DNA of 63,223 nucleotides, filler included, from Reticulomyxa filosa (taxonomy: Eukaryota; Protista; Foraminifera): assembly GCA_000512085.1 (NCBI GenBank). It is 22 parts of 22 records of this genome, joined end to end, with 100 filler letters (N's around TTAATTAATTAA, not from the genome) between each part and the next. Parts side by side here need not be neighbours in the genome. Positions count along the whole stretch, not along the records: positions 1 to 1,515 come from ASPP01008078.1; positions 1,616 to 4,628 come from ASPP01007574.1; positions 4,729 to 6,185 come from ASPP01024654.1; positions 6,286 to 8,333 come from ASPP01015120.1; positions 8,434 to 9,917 come from ASPP01041317.1; positions 10,018 to 14,684 come from ASPP01004821.1; 16 more parts are not named here. One strand, written 5' to 3'. The translations under genes and the position numbers were made by a program. This document shows positions 1 to 12,515 of this stretch, piece by piece. The notes beneath the pieces were generated by a model. It had not been told where the DNA came from, searched no databases, and worked only from the letters and a program-made list of their open reading frames with translations. Numbering within the stretch: position 1 is the stretch's first letter; every line of letters begins with the position of its first letter.

Positions 1-1515
1 TTTGTACTTAATTTATATTTTCTAAATACAAAAATTGGAAAGGAAAATTAAACAAAGTCGTTTGTAATTGTAAGTGTAGTGGGAAAAAATTCAGCAAAAA
101 AAAGTATTTTTACTTATTGACAATCTGTCTCAAATAAACTCGATCAAACATCAGCTGACCCTAATGCTTGCTTTGTGGAAGAGTTTTATGGAACTCACCG
201 TTACAGATTGCAGAAGGAATAATTGTGAAAAAAACAAAAAAGACGTTTAAAAAATAATTTTACAACAAAAAGATTTTAATCTAATAACATTATAATAACA
301 ATTATTTCTCATTTCTTCAAATCAATCTTTATATTTGCACAATATGATTGTGTTTGACTTTACAATTAAATTATAAATTATTTAATCCAATAACATCAAC
401 ATTTGTTGTTATGCTAATCACCTAAAAGTTTCAAAGTGTGGATACAATGATGACAACAACGAGACAAAAGCCAATTACTTATCTAAAAGTGTGTTCTATA
501 GTGAATGTAATAAACTGATTTAAATAAAGCAATTGAATGATGTCAGATCATATAATGACAAAGTGATAGAATTCGAAAGAAAGTTTTGGAATGTGATTGG
601 ATAAATTGAATTCTCTTGCTTTTCCATAGATATTAATATAGAGCAGTTAACAAAAAGTCACCATGTTGTACGTGTCAGATATTACAAACTGATTTGCTCT
701 TTATTTGGCGCACAACAAATGCTAAGCTCATTTGTGTTTATAAAAAAAAACATTTCCAATCATTCAATGAAATAACATATTTATTTAAATTAAAAAAAAT
801 TGAATGTGCTGTGTTAAATGAACTTTATACTTTATTATGTCATAATTAAATAGTTTTGTTTAACATATATCTAAACTATTGATCCGTTCTAATCTTATCA
901 AACTCAATTTTGAATAAGTATTTGATATAATGCCAAATGAAAATTTATCAATTCTGTTATCATGTAATTGGAATATTTATATAAAATTTCATTTCTTTAA
1001 ATGCTTTAGATCAAGTTGAATATTATATTGTTAAATAACTTAACATTTTCAAAAATCGTTTCATCAAAATCATAAATTCGTCCTCTTTTGATAATATTTT
1101 TACATTGTTAATGTTCCATCTGCAATCATTCACTATTAATTTGAATAAAGTTTTATAAGATCACAAAAATACAATCTAATTCTTTTCAAAGTGCAGTTTT
1201 CATTTATTATGCTTTCAATTCTTCAAAAAACATTGAACACAGTTTTTTCAACTTTTTAAACAACAAAATAAAATAAAACACATCTTTCAAACAAGTTTAA
1301 TATCAACTTACTTTTCTTTTAATCAAACTTTTCAAACAAAAACACTTTCATTTCTTATTCGACAAAAAAGTAAATTATCCCCAAATACGAATTGAACCTT
1401 TGCCTGAACCATAACACAAATTCAAATCATATGTGACATTCTCTGTCTTGTCTTTCTTTTTCAATGATACAAATTTAAGACAAGTTATTCCACAATCTTC
1501 TTTCTCATCTCCTTT

Positions 1516-1615
1516 NNNNNNNNNNNNNNNNNNNNNNNNNNNNNNNNNNNNNNNNNNNNTTAATTAATTAANNNNNNNNNNNNNNNNNNNNNNNNNNNNN
1601 NNNNNNNNNNNNNNN
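1516..1615. other. Artificial contig spacer (N44-TTAATTAATTAA-N44), first of 21
   Basis: Identical 100-nt block with stops in all six frames, starting at 1516, 4629, 6186, 8334, 9918, 14685, 23323, 26087, 30538, 32153, 33253, 34617, 35834, 39102, 41306, 44894, 46351, 51847, 53662, 58392 and 60943. Confidence 0.99.
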
Positions 1616-1652
1616 TATATATATATATATAATCATTTGGGGAAAAAAAAAA

Positions 1653-4547
1653 ATGAAGAATGCTCCCAAAATAACTGCTCGAGGTTTGGCCAATTTGAAA
1701 GTGCAACACCAAAATGAGAAATCGTCGAAACAAAAGAAACCACAGGCAAAACAAATTGCACAGATGCAAAAAGAAATCGAAGCGTTTAAGTGCTACTTTT
1801 TCTTGCTATTGTTTGTTTTTGTTGGACAAACTGTCTCAAGTGACAGTAAAACCAATCAATAAACAATAATAATAATAATAATAATAAATGATAATAAAAA
1901 ATGATAATAACAATAACAATAAAAAAGTTCGAAAGCAACCGTCCCGCCAGTGGTTCGAGGCCGTTGATGCCAATTGTTGGAGGCCCCTCCTCCGCAGAAC
2001 GAATACTCCAAATCTACAAATTTGTATGTTGGGAATTTGCCATTAGATGTATGTGTTTTGTTTTGCCGTTGGTTTGTGTGTGTGTGTGTTTTTTTTTTTT
2101 GTTTCGTTGCCCTCCCTCTCCTTACCCCGTGCAGAATCGCCTCCGCCCCCTTTTTTTTTCTTTTCTTTTTTTTTTTTTTTTTTTTTTTTGCGTAAAACGG
2201 ACAAAGACGGACAAGAGAAAGAGGAGGAGGAAAAAAGAAAGGAGGGGTTTCAAATAACAAAATATAAATTCGTTGCCACTGCAACCTGCAAATTTTTGCA
2301 ATCAGATTGATGAAGCTAGGCTGACACATATATTTGGCAAGTATGGTGCTATTGCCTCTGTCAAAATAATGTGGCCACGAACAGAAGAGGAAAAGAGTCG
2401 CGATCGCCTGTGTGGATTCGTGTCGTACATGCGAAGATCCGACGCCGAAAAGGCCTTGCTTGCGCTAAAAGGTGTGTGTTATGCTTTGTCTTGAAAAAGA
2501 GGTACACATATATGCACATATACAAGTATATGAATAAATAACTTTTTATTTATTTTGTATACTTATCATTCCGCTGCAAAACAAAACAAAACAAAACAAA
2601 ACAAAATAAAACAAAAAACTCCCAATAGACGAATTTTTATTTGGAGAACGACTGAGACTTGGATGGGGCAAACCAGTCTCATTGTCAGGACAGACGAATA
2701 ACGCCATTTCCAATACCGTCAGTAGCGTAGGGGTAATGAGTCAAGGAAGCGGAACAGGACCAGGACCAGGAGGGACGATGATGGGAGCATCGACGACAGC
2801 TGTTCCCGGGACCAGTGCAACCGTGGCCGTGGCCGGTTCCGGTCCCGGAACATGCGCAGGGCTCGGGAACGGGCCGGGAACAGGTGGTCCTGGGACGGGA
2901 ACGGGAACAGGGCCCGGAACAGGAAGCGGAGCAGGGAGCGGAGCAGGGCCGGTTGGAGGAAGTGGAGAGAATGAGAGTGGCAGTAATGGGACAAGCGGTA
3001 GTAGTGGAGCGGAGCCGAATCACGAGACGTTGAATGTGTCGACAGCATTGTTGAACAATAAGGACGGATTGCCACCAGCAGCAGTTCGTTTTGATATCAA
3101 GTTTCCAGCTAATCCTCAAATCAAAAGGATCATTGATCGAACGGCAGTGTATGTGTCGCAGTTTGGGTTGGACTTTGAGGAAATGATAGCGGAGCACGAA
3201 AAAGGCAATGAAAAATTTAATTTCTTGCAAAGCAAGTCGTGGATCATATTTTCTATCGTTGGAGAGTGTATTCGTTGTGCATGGGAGACTCGCTGCACCA
3301 GTGGCGCACCATGCCGTTCCAGATCATTCAGAACGGCCCGTTTTGGGTACCGCCAAACATACCCGCGGAGCCGGACCTGTTCTTTGAAGACATGTTGGAA
3401 AAGTCCAAGCAATCGATCCAGAAACGCGAAATGTATCGGGAACGGAGTTATAGTGGGAGCGATGATGACTTTGCCGAACGAAGTCGAGCAGAAGTCGGAG
3501 TCGGAGCCGGAGTCGGAGGAGGAGGAGGAGGAAGTAGTCGCAATAGCCATGGTCACGGTCATGGTCGTGGGCATGCCCATAGTCATGATCACAATCACAA
3601 TCACAACCATAATTATAACCACGCGCATTCGCCTAGCCCCAGTCCTAGCTTAAGCCCCTCTCGAAGTCACAGTCGAAGCAGAAGTCGCAGTCGTAGTCGT
3701 AGTCGCAGTCGCAGTCGTAGTCACAGTCACAGTCTCAGTCGCAGTCGAACTCGCCATTCCAGTCGAAATCGCAGTCGAAGCAACGACTCGTACAGTCGGA
3801 GTCGCAGTCGTAGTCGCAGTCGCAGTCGAAGTGATAACCGCCCTCGCGACAAGCGTCGCAAAGACAATGGCAGTTATGCCAACTATAACAGCAGCAGCAA
3901 CAGCAAGGAGAGAGATCGGGAGGACAGACTCTTGCGAGACAGGGATCGCGATAGGGACAGAGACAGGGATCGAGACAGAGATCGAGAGCGCGATTTGAAA
4001 GATCGACTTTTCGACAATGAAGATGGGCTCGATCGAGATGACAGTCGATTGAGGGGATATGATGTTACGTTATCATTGTCGTTATTTTTCTTTTGTTGTG
4101 TTGTTTGTTTTTTGTTTTTTTGTCTTTGTTTTTGTCTTTGTTTTGTTTTGTTTTGTTTGCAATGGATTGTGTGTGTGTGGTGTGGTCTATGGGTGGATGG
4201 GTGATTGGGGGGAAATTGTATCGAATGTTTTTGGTTAGTTTGTTTCCTTGTTTGAAACAGAACAATAGAAAGAGATTGTCATCACGACCATTGTCAGATA
4301 AAGACAGAGACAAGTTTATGAGCTTGCTGCGACTGCTCACTCCCTACCGATACAAGATCAAAGAGGCCATGATATTTTGCTTGGACCATAGCAATCAGGC
4401 CACCGAAATTGTGGAACTCCTAACACAAGCCTTGACAATTCGCGAAACGACAGTAAAAAAAAAAATTGCTCGCTTGTTCCTTGTGTCCGATATCCTCTGC
4501 AATTGCAATACTGGAGTCGTCAAAAATGCTGCTGCTTTTCGAACCGA
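1653..4547 (+). CDS. U2SURP: U2 snRNP-associated SURP protein (SR140), multi-exon, truncated by contig end
   Basis: RRM (STNLYVGNLP|IDEARLTHIFGKYGAIASVKIMWPRTEEEKSRDRLCGFVSY...LRLGWGKP), SURP (IIDRTAVYVSQFGLDFEEMI...HIFYRWRVYSL...PFWVPP), RS/RD region, CID (IKEAMIFCLDHS...KKIARLFLVSDILCNC). Introns 1790-1927, 2049-2305, 2472-2628, 4064-4260; apparent frameshift near 3228-3240; 5' exon tentative. Confidence 0.93.
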
Positions 4548-4728
4548 GTTTATTTTTTATCTTCCGATAAACCACAAACAATATACACATATATGCCAAT
4601 TTGCAAAAAAAAAAAAAAAAAAAACCAANNNNNNNNNNNNNNNNNNNNNNNNNNNNNNNNNNNNNNNNNNNNTTAATTAATTAANNNNNNNNNNNNNNNN
4701 NNNNNNNNNNNNNNNNNNNNNNNNNNNN

Positions 4729-5871
4729 ATTCAAGTGCAATAGACCATTCTTTTGGATAACTAGATAAACCAGCATTAAGACCAATAATAATATTTGGTT
4801 TTATTTTATTTTTAATATTAATTTGTGAATACAAAAGTGGAATAATTTCAATACATAATAAATTTTTGGTTAATTCATTTTTATAATTATAAATAAATGT
4901 ATTTGTTTCTGTAATATTTTTCATATTTTTTGTTTGTTTCATTTTATGTAAATCTAAATAATTGATTTCATTACCAAATCCAATAATGTAAAAATTGTAA
5001 CCAGGTAATAAATATAATAAAATATGAAAAGTATGATTAATAATAGCATTAATTTCAATACTATCAATACCAATTAAATGAATTATAATATCATTATTAT
5101 TATTAAAATTTGGTATTATTTTTAAATATTTAATCAGTATATAATAAATAGTCATTATAATATTAATATTTCTTGATATTGGATTATTCAATTCTAATTT
5201 ATAATAATTATATAAATCTTTCCAATTATGTAATATATTAATATTTATGTTTTTTTTATACTGTTCTTCAAATTTACTTGGACATATTTCAAATATTAAT
5301 TTATTAATTTCTATATCATCACCATTATCATTATTATTTATTATATCAAATTTCCAAAATGAATTTAATAAAATAATTTGTTTATATTGTATTATCATTT
5401 CTTTTAAATAATTATTACAATATTCTACATTATGTGAAACATCAATATGTTTTTTTAAACATTCCTTTGAACAACATAAAGGACTATAACATTTTTTACA
5501 TGTTTCTAAATTATTTTTATTCTTTATCTTTTCTTTACAATTTATACATATTATATCTATTATTATATTCATTATATATTTTTTTGGATATATCATTTTT
5601 ATATTTTTTATATTTATTTCTTTTGTTATTATAATATTTTCATTTTGTCTAATAATTCTATTATACATATTTCATCATTTTTTATATCTTTTATTATTCC
5701 CAAATATCCATTCCATTCCAAACATTCTGAATTTTCTAGTAAGTTACGTACTTCAATAATGTCACCTTCACACCAAGTAGAAGCAAAATCAAGTGAAAGT
5801 TTCACTGTTTCTTTCTTTTCTTTTTCTTCTTCTTCTTTCTTCATACTTATGCTTAAGTCAATACTGGTCAT
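4729..5871 (-). CDS. MYND zinc-finger protein, MSS51/ZMYND15-like (3' truncated)
   Basis: CINC...CKKCYSPLCCSKEC...H...H..C MYND pattern; C-terminal IIIHLIG...PNIIIGLNAGL...W as in the MSS51/ZMYND15 domain; the two ORFs join if one A is added at about 5643-5646; extremely AT-rich codons. Confidence 0.75.
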
Positions 5872-6285
5872 TCTTTAAAGAAAACTCACTTTTTTTAATT
5901 TAAAAAACCCCTTCCTAACTTAAAAAAACAGTTTGTTGTCAACGTTGTTTATTATATTAAATATTAATTCAATTATTACTTATTATAAATTATTACATGA
6001 ACATCAGATCATAGTCGATTTTACTAATTTAAACATATCTACAAATCTTCACTTTTTACAGTAGAAAATCATTAACTGTCCTTTAGCTAGAGCTGCCTTA
6101 GCTCCTTTTTTTCACTGCGAATTTGTGTAAACATTAATCCGAAGAATTTTTTTAAAACGGATTGTCAAAATGTTTATGTTATTTCNNNNNNNNNNNNNNN
6201 NNNNNNNNNNNNNNNNNNNNNNNNNNNNNTTAATTAATTAANNNNNNNNNNNNNNNNNNNNNNNNNNNNNNNNNNNNNNNNNNNN

Positions 6286-8333
6286 CGACAATTACAGTCA
6301 GAAGACGAAAAGAGACTGATTCATTTAAGCGACATCCACTCTGTCCATCAACAGATTGGCTGCAAGATACAACGCAGAAAGCGCGCAGTTATAACACGCC
6401 TTCGTCTATGTTTGTGTGTGTGTGTTGTGCGTGTATTTGTAGAGGTATACGTGTACCAATCTCAATAACATACGGAATAAATCTACAAGCAAACGAGCGC
6501 TTTGTGAAGTAAAGTTGTAATGCACAGCAGGTCTGTGTTTGATGTTGTGCGACAGTCAATCTCGAGAAGTGCGGAGGAAAAGGAGGAGGAAGAGGTATTG
6601 TCTTTAGAAGCAATTGAAAAGAAGAAAGAGAGCGAAAAGGAGAAGCAATTTGCGGACGAGAACGAGAACGAAGACGAGAACAAAAAACAAAGAAAAAAAA
6701 AAGAAGATGAAGAAGAAGGAAAAGAAGAAGAAGAAGAAAGAAGCAGAAAGAAAAGTAACTGGGAAGAGGCGGTAGAAATGAAGAAATGGTTAGAAAAAAT
6801 GGACTCAAAGCTAAAGCGTATGCAAATGCATATTACGGCGACTGAGTCACATATTGATTCCAAGTTTATTGACTTGTCTCACTCTTTGTCGCAATGCAAA
6901 CAAAATTGGCAAGTTTTGTGATGTCTCAATAAGATTTTTAAAAAGTTATGATGATGATTGTTGTATGAAATAAATACATGTATGTATGCGTGTAAATGCG
7001 AAAACGGACATAGGTGTTGGACAAAAAGATGAACGAGAAGAGCAACTCGAATTGGATGGAAGAACGTATGAAGAATTTGGAGAGTAAAAATGAAAAAGCG
7101 TTGAAAACGTTGGAGCAATTGAGTTTACGCATTTCTATTTTGTCGCAACGTAACTCAGATTCGATGGTTTTTTTCAAAAAAGTCGTTCGTTTGGTCGACA
7201 ATATCTCCTCGCAGAATGTTTATCCTACTGTTACTTCTTGGCTCTTATTCTCCTTTTCATCTTTTTTGTCACACACTCTCTCTCTCTCTCTCTAAAATTT
7301 ACACAAAAACAAAAAAAAAAGGAGTTTATTGCTTACGAAATGACCAGTCTGATGTTGCCGTATCCAATGAAACGACAGCGGCAGCAATGCCGGGTGTCAA
7401 CGCCAGTTCGAGTGGTTGTGACAAGGATACGATCAAGAGTGATATCAATAGCAATGAACATGCGAATAAGAATGAGAATGAGGATGAGAATGAGAATGAA
7501 AATGAGAATGAAAATGACATTGCAGGCGCGTCAAAGACAAAGACAAAGACAAAAACGAATGTGTATGAATTGAAGAAGAAAGAGGATACGGACAATGAGA
7601 AGGAGTATGTAGAGTATGACTTTGACGAGTCGATACCGAAACTGCGACAACTTACATTTGACGTATACATATCCTCTCCGCTGTTGATAACGCAAAGATC
7701 GACAGAAGTGTATGAAGACGCAGCACGTACGTCATTGTTGTCTCCGTCTTCCTTGTCGCCTACATCGCGCTTGCGCCACACGGACTTGATTCAACAGCCA
7801 CATCAAACCACACCGAAAGAGAAGAGTCTTATACAAAAGGACTTGTCCACTTCCTCCCCTTCTTCTCCTTCTTCTTCTTCTTCTTCTTCTTCCTCTTCCT
7901 CTTGTTCTTCTTCCGCTGCTGCCACTGCTATTACTACTACTACCACTACCACTACCACTACCACTACCACTGCCACTTCCACTGCCACTGGTGCTACTAC
8001 AGAGTCAATGGAAGCAATGCTTGTCAATGGAGTTCAATCTCGACATCTCCTTCCATTGGCTGAACTGAAAGAAGAAGATCAATATTCGTCCTCCTCCTTC
8101 ATTTCGCCTGTCTCTTCGCCGCCATTGTCATCCAACTTACCCTCTGGCGATCACAAACCCAACAAGTCCACTCGCTTGTCTCACACGTCGTTCCCCGCAC
8201 TCGCTCATTTTGTTCCCAACGTTGTCCCTAAAAAAGAAGCCGATGAAGCTTCAGAGGAAGAATATGAAGATTCGGAAGACTATGAAGATGAAGAAGAAGA
8301 AGAAAAAGAAAAAGAAAAAGAAAAAGAAAAAGA
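6286..8333 (+). CDS. Coiled-coil / low-complexity hypothetical protein (fragment)
   Basis: ORFs 6520-6912, 7014-7230 and about 7322/7348-8333 linked by GT-AG introns; E/K-rich coiled coil, poly-S/T/E tracts; no recognisable domain. Confidence 0.6.
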
Positions 8334-8433
8334 NNNNNNNNNNNNNNNNNNNNNNNNNNNNNNNNNNNNNNNNNNNNTTAATTAATTAANNNNNNNNNNN
8401 NNNNNNNNNNNNNNNNNNNNNNNNNNNNNNNNN

Positions 8434-9870
8434 GACGGAGGATGAAGCCGAAGAAAAAGAAGAAGAAGAAGAAGAAGAAGAAGGAGCAGCAATCGTCTGC
8501 AATGGAGGTTGGACTGTCACTACCACTGTGGGCATGGTTGTGAGGAGAGCGGTATTTTTGAAAGCGTCATTGGGATTGATACCTGTCGGAATGGATACCA
8601 CATGGTTGACAACATTACCTTTGAATCAGAGAAGAGGAAGACGAAGACGAAGACGAAGCAAAAGTATAAGCAGGGACGGCTGGCAATAACAAACTGCTGT
8701 CCACAATTGGACGCACTTTTGTATGCACACTTGCTATTCGTCGCACATCGTTTTCATTCATTGGTTGAGCTTGAAGGTTTATAGACGCAGATGCTAAACA
8801 AACAAACAAAATCAGGAAAAATCAGGGAGGTTTGAGATTGGTCCGACTGACCAAAGGACGTGCAGAGGACGCCGACTTGGCATCATCATTATCGTTGCCA
8901 TCGCTGTCGTTACCGTTGCCATCGTTGGTCCGTACATGCATCGACTCGGGCGGACCTAAAGGCATCGAGTGCTTTTCAATCATCTTCTGGTACATGACCG
9001 GCAGTCCCAAGCCTTTGGAAGAATGAGCCATCTCTTCGATTTGCGAATGGCTGGTTTCTATTTCCACATCTTCGTGCTCGCCGTCTTCAAGCTCTAAAAC
9101 CTCTTTTTTCATCAATATATTCATTGTCTGCTTCTTCTTTTTCTTCTTCTTCTTCTTCTTTCATTCCCGGACGATAAGAAGCGGAAAAGGACTGCTATGT
9201 TTTCACCGGAGTCACTCGCTTTTCAGTCGAAGTGGTGACATGGGTCGTGTAATAATTCGTGCTGGTCGGGTCCACGTTCTTGAAGATCCTTGTCGTCTCT
9301 GTCATCGTGTTGTACTCTTGCGAGGTCGTCACTGTCAACTCCTCATTCGCCCACTCTTCCGTCTGGCCATGTGACAAGTCCATCTCATTTCCCACTGACT
9401 CAGATGAGTTGGATGATCGTTGATATTTTCGTCTTTGCGTGTGTTCCGTTTGTAAAGGAGTGTCTATTCGCAATATTCCAAATATTTACTTTATTTCAAT
9501 TTTTTTTTTTTTTAAAGTAGATATCATATCAATATTATGTATATATTTCTTCTATTAACTTTGCGCTTTGTCTTCACATGATTGCTCTTTGGCAGGAGAA
9601 GACAAAAGGGGAAGATTAGATTGTAAACTGCTGCTGTTTGTTTGCATTGTCTCCAGCTTTGTTATTGGCAGCAACAATGACCATAGTAATAGCTGTAGCG
9701 TTAGTATTGATATATGGTGGCCGTACCTGCAGCGATGTGACGCGAGGTTAGACTTGTACATGTTTTTGACTCATTCACCCCGAATCCATTTTGTGAACAT
9801 TGGACGATCCGTTGTCTGGCGTATGATACTTCTTGTTAGTAGTATCTGCATTGCACAACAGTTTGTTTTT
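8434..9870 (-). CDS. Low-complexity hypothetical protein fragment with several frame breaks
   Basis: Successive minus-strand ORFs (9555-9761, 9195-9473, 8822-9124, 8434-8601) with coding-like composition and an AT-rich intron at about 9480-9558. Confidence 0.45.
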
Positions 9871-9886
9871 TAACTTTGGAAAATAT

Positions 9887-9917
<31 letters not shown>

Positions 9918-10017
9918 NNNNNNNNNNNNNNNNNNNNNNNNNNNNNNNNNNNNNNNNNNNNTTAATTAATTAANNNNNNNNNNNNNNNNNNNNNNNNNNN
10001 NNNNNNNNNNNNNNNNN

Positions 10018-10446
10018 TCATATATTCATGGGATATATTATTTGGATGGCAGCAATGGCAGGTTGCAAAATACGTATCCTTTAAAAGAGACGATTGTGAA
10101 GAATTTCGTTGACAAATGTTGTGCCACGGGTGTCGCCGACAAAGAAACGTTGCCAAGACATTTGTGTGTATACGTATTTGGCACAAGCTATGAGTGGAAT
10201 GATCGTGATCGACCTTGGATTCGCTTTGAAAAAGATCGCTTCGTTAAGCTGCTTACAAAATTGCAAACGTCTTCGCAATTCGAAAAACGTCTTCATGTAC
10301 ATCATTGCCACTTCACTGATGGCGAGTTGGACAAAGCTATTCATCTTTTTGTCCCGCCCATCTCGTCCACTTTCAAACTGCTCACGCACTTTCATAGGCA
10401 TTTCCAAGTTATTCGCTTATTTCAAACTTGCGCTCACATTTTTTGA
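10018..10446 (+). CDS. C2orf69/UPF0565-like protein, C-terminal part
   Basis: IHGIYYLDGSNG..NTYP...VYVFGTSYEWNDRDRPWIRFEKDRFVKLL...RHFQVIRLF parallels the family C-terminus as I recall it (YWLDGGH...TPYQV.D..R.WI..E...FV..L...HF.V). Confidence 0.7.
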   Translation, partial: SYIHGIYYLDGSNGRLQNTYPLKETIVKNFVDKCCATGVADKETLPRHLCVYVFGTSYEWNDRDRPWIRFEKDRFVKLLTKLQTSSQFEKRLHVHHCHFTDGELDKAIHLFVPPISSTFKLLTHFHRHFQVIRLFQTCAHIF

Positions 10447-10799
10447 ATTCTTGTCTGTTGAAACTACATTTCTGTTTTTTTTAACATTTGCAGAATGCTT
10501 CCAACATTGGAGGCCAATGTTTCGATATACACTTTTTTTTTTTCCAAAGTTTTCTGGTTCCAAATGACCAGTTTGTTTCATTCAATGATTTGAACTCCAC
10601 GCTGTTCTTGCAAAGGCACATCTGTTTCCGCAGAAATGAACTATTCTCCATTTTTAATTGCATTCATTTGATATTTGCTAATTAAGGCAATAGTGTTTAC
10701 TTCAACATTTCTCTGTAAGGACAACAAACAACGAATAACACATTAACTCAAATTGTTTAGAAAGAAAGACAAAATAATCTTTTTTTTTTTTTTTAAACT

Positions 10800-11752
10800 T
10801 TAATCTTCTTTCAAATACATTCGAATTATCGAATGAAAATAATCCAACTCGATCATTTCCTGCCAATCTCCCTTGATGACAATAACCACAGTTCTTTTGC
10901 AATCAAATTGCAATATATCAAAGCTTTAATTATCTTCCACCAAATCAACACGAATCATACCAATTGCATATTGAAATGTTTTCATGTATCTTTTGGTGTG
11001 TCGATATTGGGAGCCACGTATAACATAATCACAAATATACGTGAAAGATATAACGACGGATATTTGGTCAATCATGCATATTAATGACTTGATTGAGTGT
11101 TGTTGTGGATTGTACTTGTACTTTGTTTCAATAAATACCATCCACAACAATTCATAGTATTGGCGACACATGTCAACACCTTTTAGGGATTGACATGTGT
11201 CGATCCTCTTTATTTACGCTGTCCACTTGTTTCACCCGATAAGTTCATCTTGCACAATTCATCGCCACTTGCCATAGTCCTTGAAATAATCCATATGTTT
11301 CTAGTATTGTTGATCGGCATTTTTTTTCTTTTCTCCTTTCTTAATCTACTCTTCTTCTCTTTTTTTTTTTTCTTTCAATCAAACTAAAATGAGTCACTGT
11401 ACAATGAAAAGGCCATTGTTTAGTGTGTTGGAATAATAATATTTTCTTGACTCGCATGCCACATTGGAAAAGATCTACCAATTTATATTTTGGTACTCTC
11501 GATATTGTGGACGGATCGATATTGTTTCTCGATCCACATCCCCATGTGCCTCTCACATTGACACTATCCGCCGTTGTTGGATGCTGTTTATTTATGGGAT
11601 GGTCACTATACTATTACCTTTGAGCATATCGCTTGCACGTCAATTTCTTTTTTTTTTTGCAGTTTTTGTGACACTTCCGTTCTAATCAAAACAGCAGTTT
11701 TTGCATCTGCATTTCTGTGCATCCTCTTCTCCTTCGTTTGCGGTTCCATCAT
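10800..11752 (-). pseudogene. Decayed eIF4A-like DEAD-box helicase, copy A
   Basis: Across broken frames and in the correct order: DMLKG..P*INSIQQRRIV (Q motif, cf. LLRG..PSAIQQRAI), IIIPTH*TMA (cf. LAPTRELA), SLKGV..RQYY (cf. TLEGIRQFY), FDCKRTVVIVIKGDWQEMIELDYF (cf. FGRKGVAINFVTEED..LRDIE.FY); many stops and indels. Confidence 0.6.
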
Positions 11753-11760
11753 TTAACCAC

Positions 11761-12515
11761 TAGTGGACTTAACACGTCCTAGTTGCTGTAAACACAAAGA
11801 CAGCAAACCACAACTTAACTCAAACTACTTTAAAAGAAAGACAAAAGTAATCAATGTTTGTTTAACTTCAATTTTCTTTCAAAGCCATTCCAAATCATCC
11901 AATTCAATCATTTACTTCCAGTCTTCCTTAACAACAATAGCCACTGTTATTTTGAATCCAATTGCGATATACCAAAGCTTTAATATATCTCACCAAATCA
12001 ACACGAAGGTCATACCAATTCAATATCGGAAATGCCTCCATGCATCTTTGGTGTGTCGATATCGGGAGCCACATACACACAATTGCTAATACATGTGAAT
12101 GACAACGACGGATAGTTAATCAATTATGCATATGATGACTTGAGCGAGAGTTGTGTGCTGATCTGGATGTCGTTGTGTGGTTGTAAGCACACAATGTCCA
12201 TTGTCACTTCGCTTTATTTCCATTAATTGCGCATATAACAACTCATAATTTTGGTGACATATGCCAACATCTTTTAGAGATTAATTGAATCAATTCTCTT
12301 TATTTGCACTGTCCACTTGCTTCACTCGATAAGTTCATCTTGCACGATCTATTAGCACTTGTGATAGTTCTTACATTAATCCATATGTTTATGATACCAT
12401 TTGTTGTCATTTTTTTTTCTTTCTTTCTCTTTTTTCCTTCCTTAATGTAATCTTCTTCTTCTTTCTTTTTTTTTCACTACAAACCTGAAGCAAACCACTG
12501 TACAATGAAAATATC
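11761..12515 (-). pseudogene. Decayed eIF4A-like helicase, copy B (5'-truncated tandem duplicate)
   Basis: Colinear diverged repeat of about 10690-11410 (e.g. caccaaatcaacacgaa, gataagttcatcttgcac, cactgtacaatgaaaa occur in both); remnants HTTLAQVIIC, NWYDLRVDLVRYI, VAIVVKEDWK*MIEL. Confidence 0.6.

Noticed and set aside
1560-1571. Recurring TTAATTAATTAA palindrome as a biological repeat or CRISPR-like element
   Set aside because: Always flanked by exactly 44 N on each side; a synthetic six-frame-stop linker
3239-3653. Overlapping long ORFs in multiple frames and antisense ORFs (also 27688-29194, 48188-50355, 54374-54838)
   Set aside because: Shadows of low-complexity or GC-rich coding sequence, and consequences of frame breaks
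7322-7347. Additional -1 frameshift after the A-rich acceptor at 7321
   Set aside because: An alternative CAG acceptor at 7345-7347 restores the frame; ambiguous, so not counted
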